Below are positions 61,201 to 64,000 of a stretch of DNA of 64,000 nt, in pieces (position 1 is the first letter of the stretch; each line of letters begins with the position of its first letter). The notes beneath the pieces were generated by a model. The model was given only the letters and a program-made list of their open reading frames with translations, was not told the origin of the DNA and did no database searches. Made by a program: the position numbers and the translations under genes. This DNA is from Mytilus trossulus (Eukaryota). The stretch lies in assembly GCF_036588685.1 (NCBI RefSeq), contig NC_086376.1, positions 67,249,630 to 67,313,629 on the forward strand, read 5' to 3'.

Positions 61201-64000
61201 GAAGACAAAAGATTGAATTTTGATAAAGACTCCACATTAAGTGATGCAGAGTATATCAGTTTAACAGGCATTGATAAAACATCATTCAGTGATTTAGCAT
61301 CACATCTCGTCTCAATTAGAGATACGAAGGTGCGTAGTTCAAGGACATGCTTAGGCATTTTTTTGACAAAAATGCGGTCAGGTATGTCCAACAAACTTAT
61401 GGCAACTATTTTTAACGTAGGAAAAGATTCGATCCGCCGAGCAGTTACAACAGTCAGAAAAAATCTTATGCAGACATTCGTACCAAAGCACTTAGGATTC
61501 AACCATATTTCTAGAGAGAACTTAATTGAAAACCATACTAGACCTCTTGCCCAGACATTATTTGGCAATGAATTCAATCCTGCAATTCTTGTAATTGACG
61601 GAACATACATATATATCCAGAAAAGCGGTCAATTTCAGTTTCAACGCCGTACATTTAGCATGCATAAGCATCGGCCTCTTGTCAAACCCATGGTTTTCGT
61701 AACCACTACAGGTTATTTTGTCAGCGTTATGGGTCCATACTTGGCAGATAGTAAAAATAATGACGCCAATATACTTAAGCATATAATTGCCTCAGACAAT
61801 GAGCAGATTAAAAGTTGGTTGCAGAAAGATGATGTTTTCATTGTTGACCGTGGATTTCGGGACTCAATTGATCTGCTTGAGGAATTAGGAATACAAACAG
61901 AAATGCCTTCGTTCTTAAAGAAAGGCCAGGCACAGTTTACCACAGAAGAAAGCAATACTTCAAGATTAATAACAAAGATTCGCTGGGTAGTTGAATCCGC
62001 AAATGGCAGAATTAAGACATGGGTGTTCTTCAACCATGTGATGCCTAACTCACAAATACCGTATATTGGAGATTACCTACGTATTGTATGCTCAATATGC
62101 AACAAGTATTTCAAACCACTTAGTTCTGGTGATCCAGAGGAAGACCAACTACTTGGATGTAAAATGATTTATCTTTCTAAGCAAAATAATCTCCTTAAAG
62201 AAAAAATTGAGTCGGAAAATCTTGACCGCATTAGATCTAATTCTACTACTTGGTGTAAGATTGATGCTGCGTCTATTGAATTTCCTTCTATTACTGAAGA
62301 AGATCTCAGAAACCTTACCTTAGGCGTTTACCAGATAAAATTGGCTAAATCATACGTAGCTGAACATGTTACTGAAAACAGTGACTTTGAGGTACTAGTA
62401 CATAAACAGGAAAACAATTTGATATGTGCAAAAATCCAAAGTAGACATGTTTCATCTAAAGCTCATTTGTTATGGATTCAATACGATGAAGTGACTGTTC
62501 TTGGCTGGTTCTGTAAATGTCGTGCTGGAGCAAGAGTAGTTGGTATGTGTACACACGTTTCGGCAGTTATCTGGTATTTAGGGTATGCTCGCTGTTTGGA
62601 CATACCCTATTGTTCTGGTGACGATTGGACAAAATATCTCATAGATGCACGTAATATGCCAGAACCCGAAATTATTGATGAAAGTGATGAAAGTGACTGC
62701 GTTGAAGAATGATTGTGTAGCTCATGTCAACTTTTATGTTATGTGCTAAAATATTTTTATATCATGATGTTAGCAATCTATTATATTAAATCTTTCTTTG
62801 TTGAGAGATATGACAACAAAAAGGTAACACATGTTCAACCCCTTTCACGATTTCAAGAGTATGATATCTTACATAGAAGAAATCTTCAATAAATATGTTG
62901 AATTGGACCTTATACTAGTGCATTTTATTCGTCTTTGAGTTTGACTGTTCATTTGGTATCTATTGTCCCGCTTTTTTTTAACATCTTGGTATTGTAATTA
63001 AAGTTTTTAATGTTATATTCATATTTAAAAAAATAATGTATATATATGTAGTATGTCTGTATTACTGAAAACCATCTGTTCATTTACATAACTTAGAATT
63101 TAATCACTTTTAAAGGGTTTCATTCCATAAAAAGTTCTATTGAATAAATAAATAGTACTTGTTAAATAGTGGTTTACACAGACGTTCTTTTCACCACAAC
63201 AAACATAAGTTACAGCAACCATCAGTAATTGTGGTGGGCATTTGAGGCATTTTCGCTCCTTCAAATTACAATTTTAACATATTGATGTTGTTGATAGGTA
63301 GCGGTTACTGTGGAAATACAAAATGCTGTGTTTTAACTCTGTTGAACAGTTTCTAATTAAACTATTTGCAGTTGTTCTTGTTCAAAATGACATATGCATA
63401 CACACAGCCGGACACACAGAAAAAAATACAGATATACTAGATGAAATAATATAAACATATTCTACAAATTCTTAACGTTTCAAGACCATTGGTTAATTTG
63501 TGGTTAAATATACATGAACTAATGTCATTTTCAAGAAGCATCGATCAAACTGTCTGCTATTTCAGAAACAACAATTAAAAAAAGACTTTTGATTTTTTAA
63601 GATGAAACAAAATTTCCACACACGGTAAAAAAAGGGTAAGATTATGTATCATCATATTTTTGAAACCATGGTAACATATGCTATGGTAAATACAAATAAT
63701 CGAGACCACAAAAGAGAAAGTATCTAACTATTTATTCTTATAACGTCTTTTTGTGTGTTTTGTATATAATAAGGTATCTTTGTTTTGAATTTTTAACTCA
63801 AATACGTGCAATAATAACAACACTAGTTTCAAAATTGATTAAAAATTCGTTTTTGGGATTAATAAAGGGGTTCACTTTGATGACGTCATACACAGTGATT
63901 TCAAGTAATATATACAAAATATATATATTTTTGGAAAGCAGACACCTATAGGATATTTTGAGAAAAAAATTGTCTACTTTTGAAGTGGGGCCGATTTTGA
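58270..64000 (+). mobile_element. Autonomous-looking TTAA-target DNA transposon with Kolobok-type termini in NCLN intron 10; the right end lies just outside the window
   Basis: TTAA at 58266-58269 is followed by AGGAGTAGG...AAAATGGCCCCAGATTTTCAAAA. The window ends TTTTGAAGTGGGGCCGATTTTGA, resembling the reverse complement of the inner left end. TTGATGACGTCATA occurs near both ends (58411, 63877). The element encloses the transposase ORF. Confidence 0.7.
60637..62712 (+). CDS. DDE transposase (DDE_Tnp_4 / IS5-PIF-Harbinger-like core) with N-terminal Cys/His clusters and a C-terminal SWIM-type zinc finger, 691 aa from the first ATG
   Basis: Uninterrupted ORF 60598-62712. The first ATG at 60637 follows a splice-acceptor-like TTTCATCTTTCAG. 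Catalytic-type motifs ILVIDGTYIYIQK, NNDA, VFIVDRGF, RWVVESANGRIK; SWIM-like WFCKCRAGARVVGMCTH; N-terminal CVLC..CGAC and HSTCFVC..CCPGH. Confidence 0.9.
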   Translation: MSQVARFTCVLCTKRTKNHDRRFLGGESNKGLRKYLYKYFFLNVDSCDVICGACRRNYYRQYDDKSITNAKPDKQVLPAASTSQQTLVSPKTITLSLSSIGGSHSTCFVCRKRGPKLIVVSSSTRLTTFVQNNIIIPAGARCCPGHISDENFSEQAIECLSDLRKTTDFNRSDILDLLQKIRMLLLKNEDKRLNFDKDSTLSDAEYISLTGIDKTSFSDLASHLVSIRDTKVRSSRTCLGIFLTKMRSGMSNKLMATIFNVGKDSIRRAVTTVRKNLMQTFVPKHLGFNHISRENLIENHTRPLAQTLFGNEFNPAILVIDGTYIYIQKSGQFQFQRRTFSMHKHRPLVKPMVFVTTTGYFVSVMGPYLADSKNNDANILKHIIASDNEQIKSWLQKDDVFIVDRGFRDSIDLLEELGIQTEMPSFLKKGQAQFTTEESNTSRLITKIRWVVESANGRIKTWVFFNHVMPNSQIPYIGDYLRIVCSICNKYFKPLSSGDPEEDQLLGCKMIYLSKQNNLLKEKIESENLDRIRSNSTTWCKIDAASIEFPSITEEDLRNLTLGVYQIKLAKSYVAEHVTENSDFEVLVHKQENNLICAKIQSRHVSSKAHLLWIQYDEVTVLGWFCKCRAGARVVGMCTHVSAVIWYLGYARCLDIPYCSGDDWTKYLIDARNMPEPEIIDESDESDCVEE

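Noticed and set aside
61170-62033. Antisense ORFs overlapping the transposase
   Set aside because: Shadow ORFs of a long coding sequence, with no recognisable motifs.
63816-63825. AACAACACTA as the right TIR of the element starting TAGTGTTGTT at 57527
   Set aside because: The match is only 10 bp with no TSD, and a similar motif lies in the left subterminal region of the TTAA transposon (about 58383).
58270-64000. KolobokP-type composite structure (long terminal direct repeats plus His-Me nuclease) or an RNA-guided nuclease cargo
   Set aside because: No direct repeat of the left end and no internal TIRs were seen. Manual translation of parts of the regions up- and downstream of the transposase gave no convincing second ORF, though a multi-exon small gene cannot be excluded.

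Overview
AT-rich, intron-rich eukaryotic DNA. The repeat families and the C1q gene architecture point to a bivalve mollusc, probably Mytilus; this is an inference. I reconstructed four host genes by reading splice sites and checking intron phase: a secreted coiled-coil C1q-domain gene (+, 3096-6717), LRRC61 (-, 12933-20192, first exon tentative), HAUS6 (+, 26861-45237, 18 coding exons, about 1158 aa) head-to-head with LRRC61, and nicalin/NCLN (+, from 50017, running off the window). NCLN intron 6 is a U12-type minor intron. NCLN intron 10 holds a TTAA-flanked DNA transposon of about 5.7 kb with an uninterrupted DDE+SWIM transposase ORF. Introns and intergenic DNA are crowded with non-autonomous elements: a foldback element, a four-level nested insertion, a decayed hAT with a 5-bp TSD, mariner-, piggyBac- and Harbinger-like MITEs, Helentron-like elements with internal satellites, and large palindromic elements. 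There are also two satellite arrays with higher-order structure and three hammerhead ribozyme motifs. Two of these are mutated retrozyme copies; the third is a minimal hammerhead with an intact core in the sense strand of NCLN intron 1. No prokaryotic features, tRNA, rRNA or CRISPR arrays were seen. Family names come from recall, not database searches.
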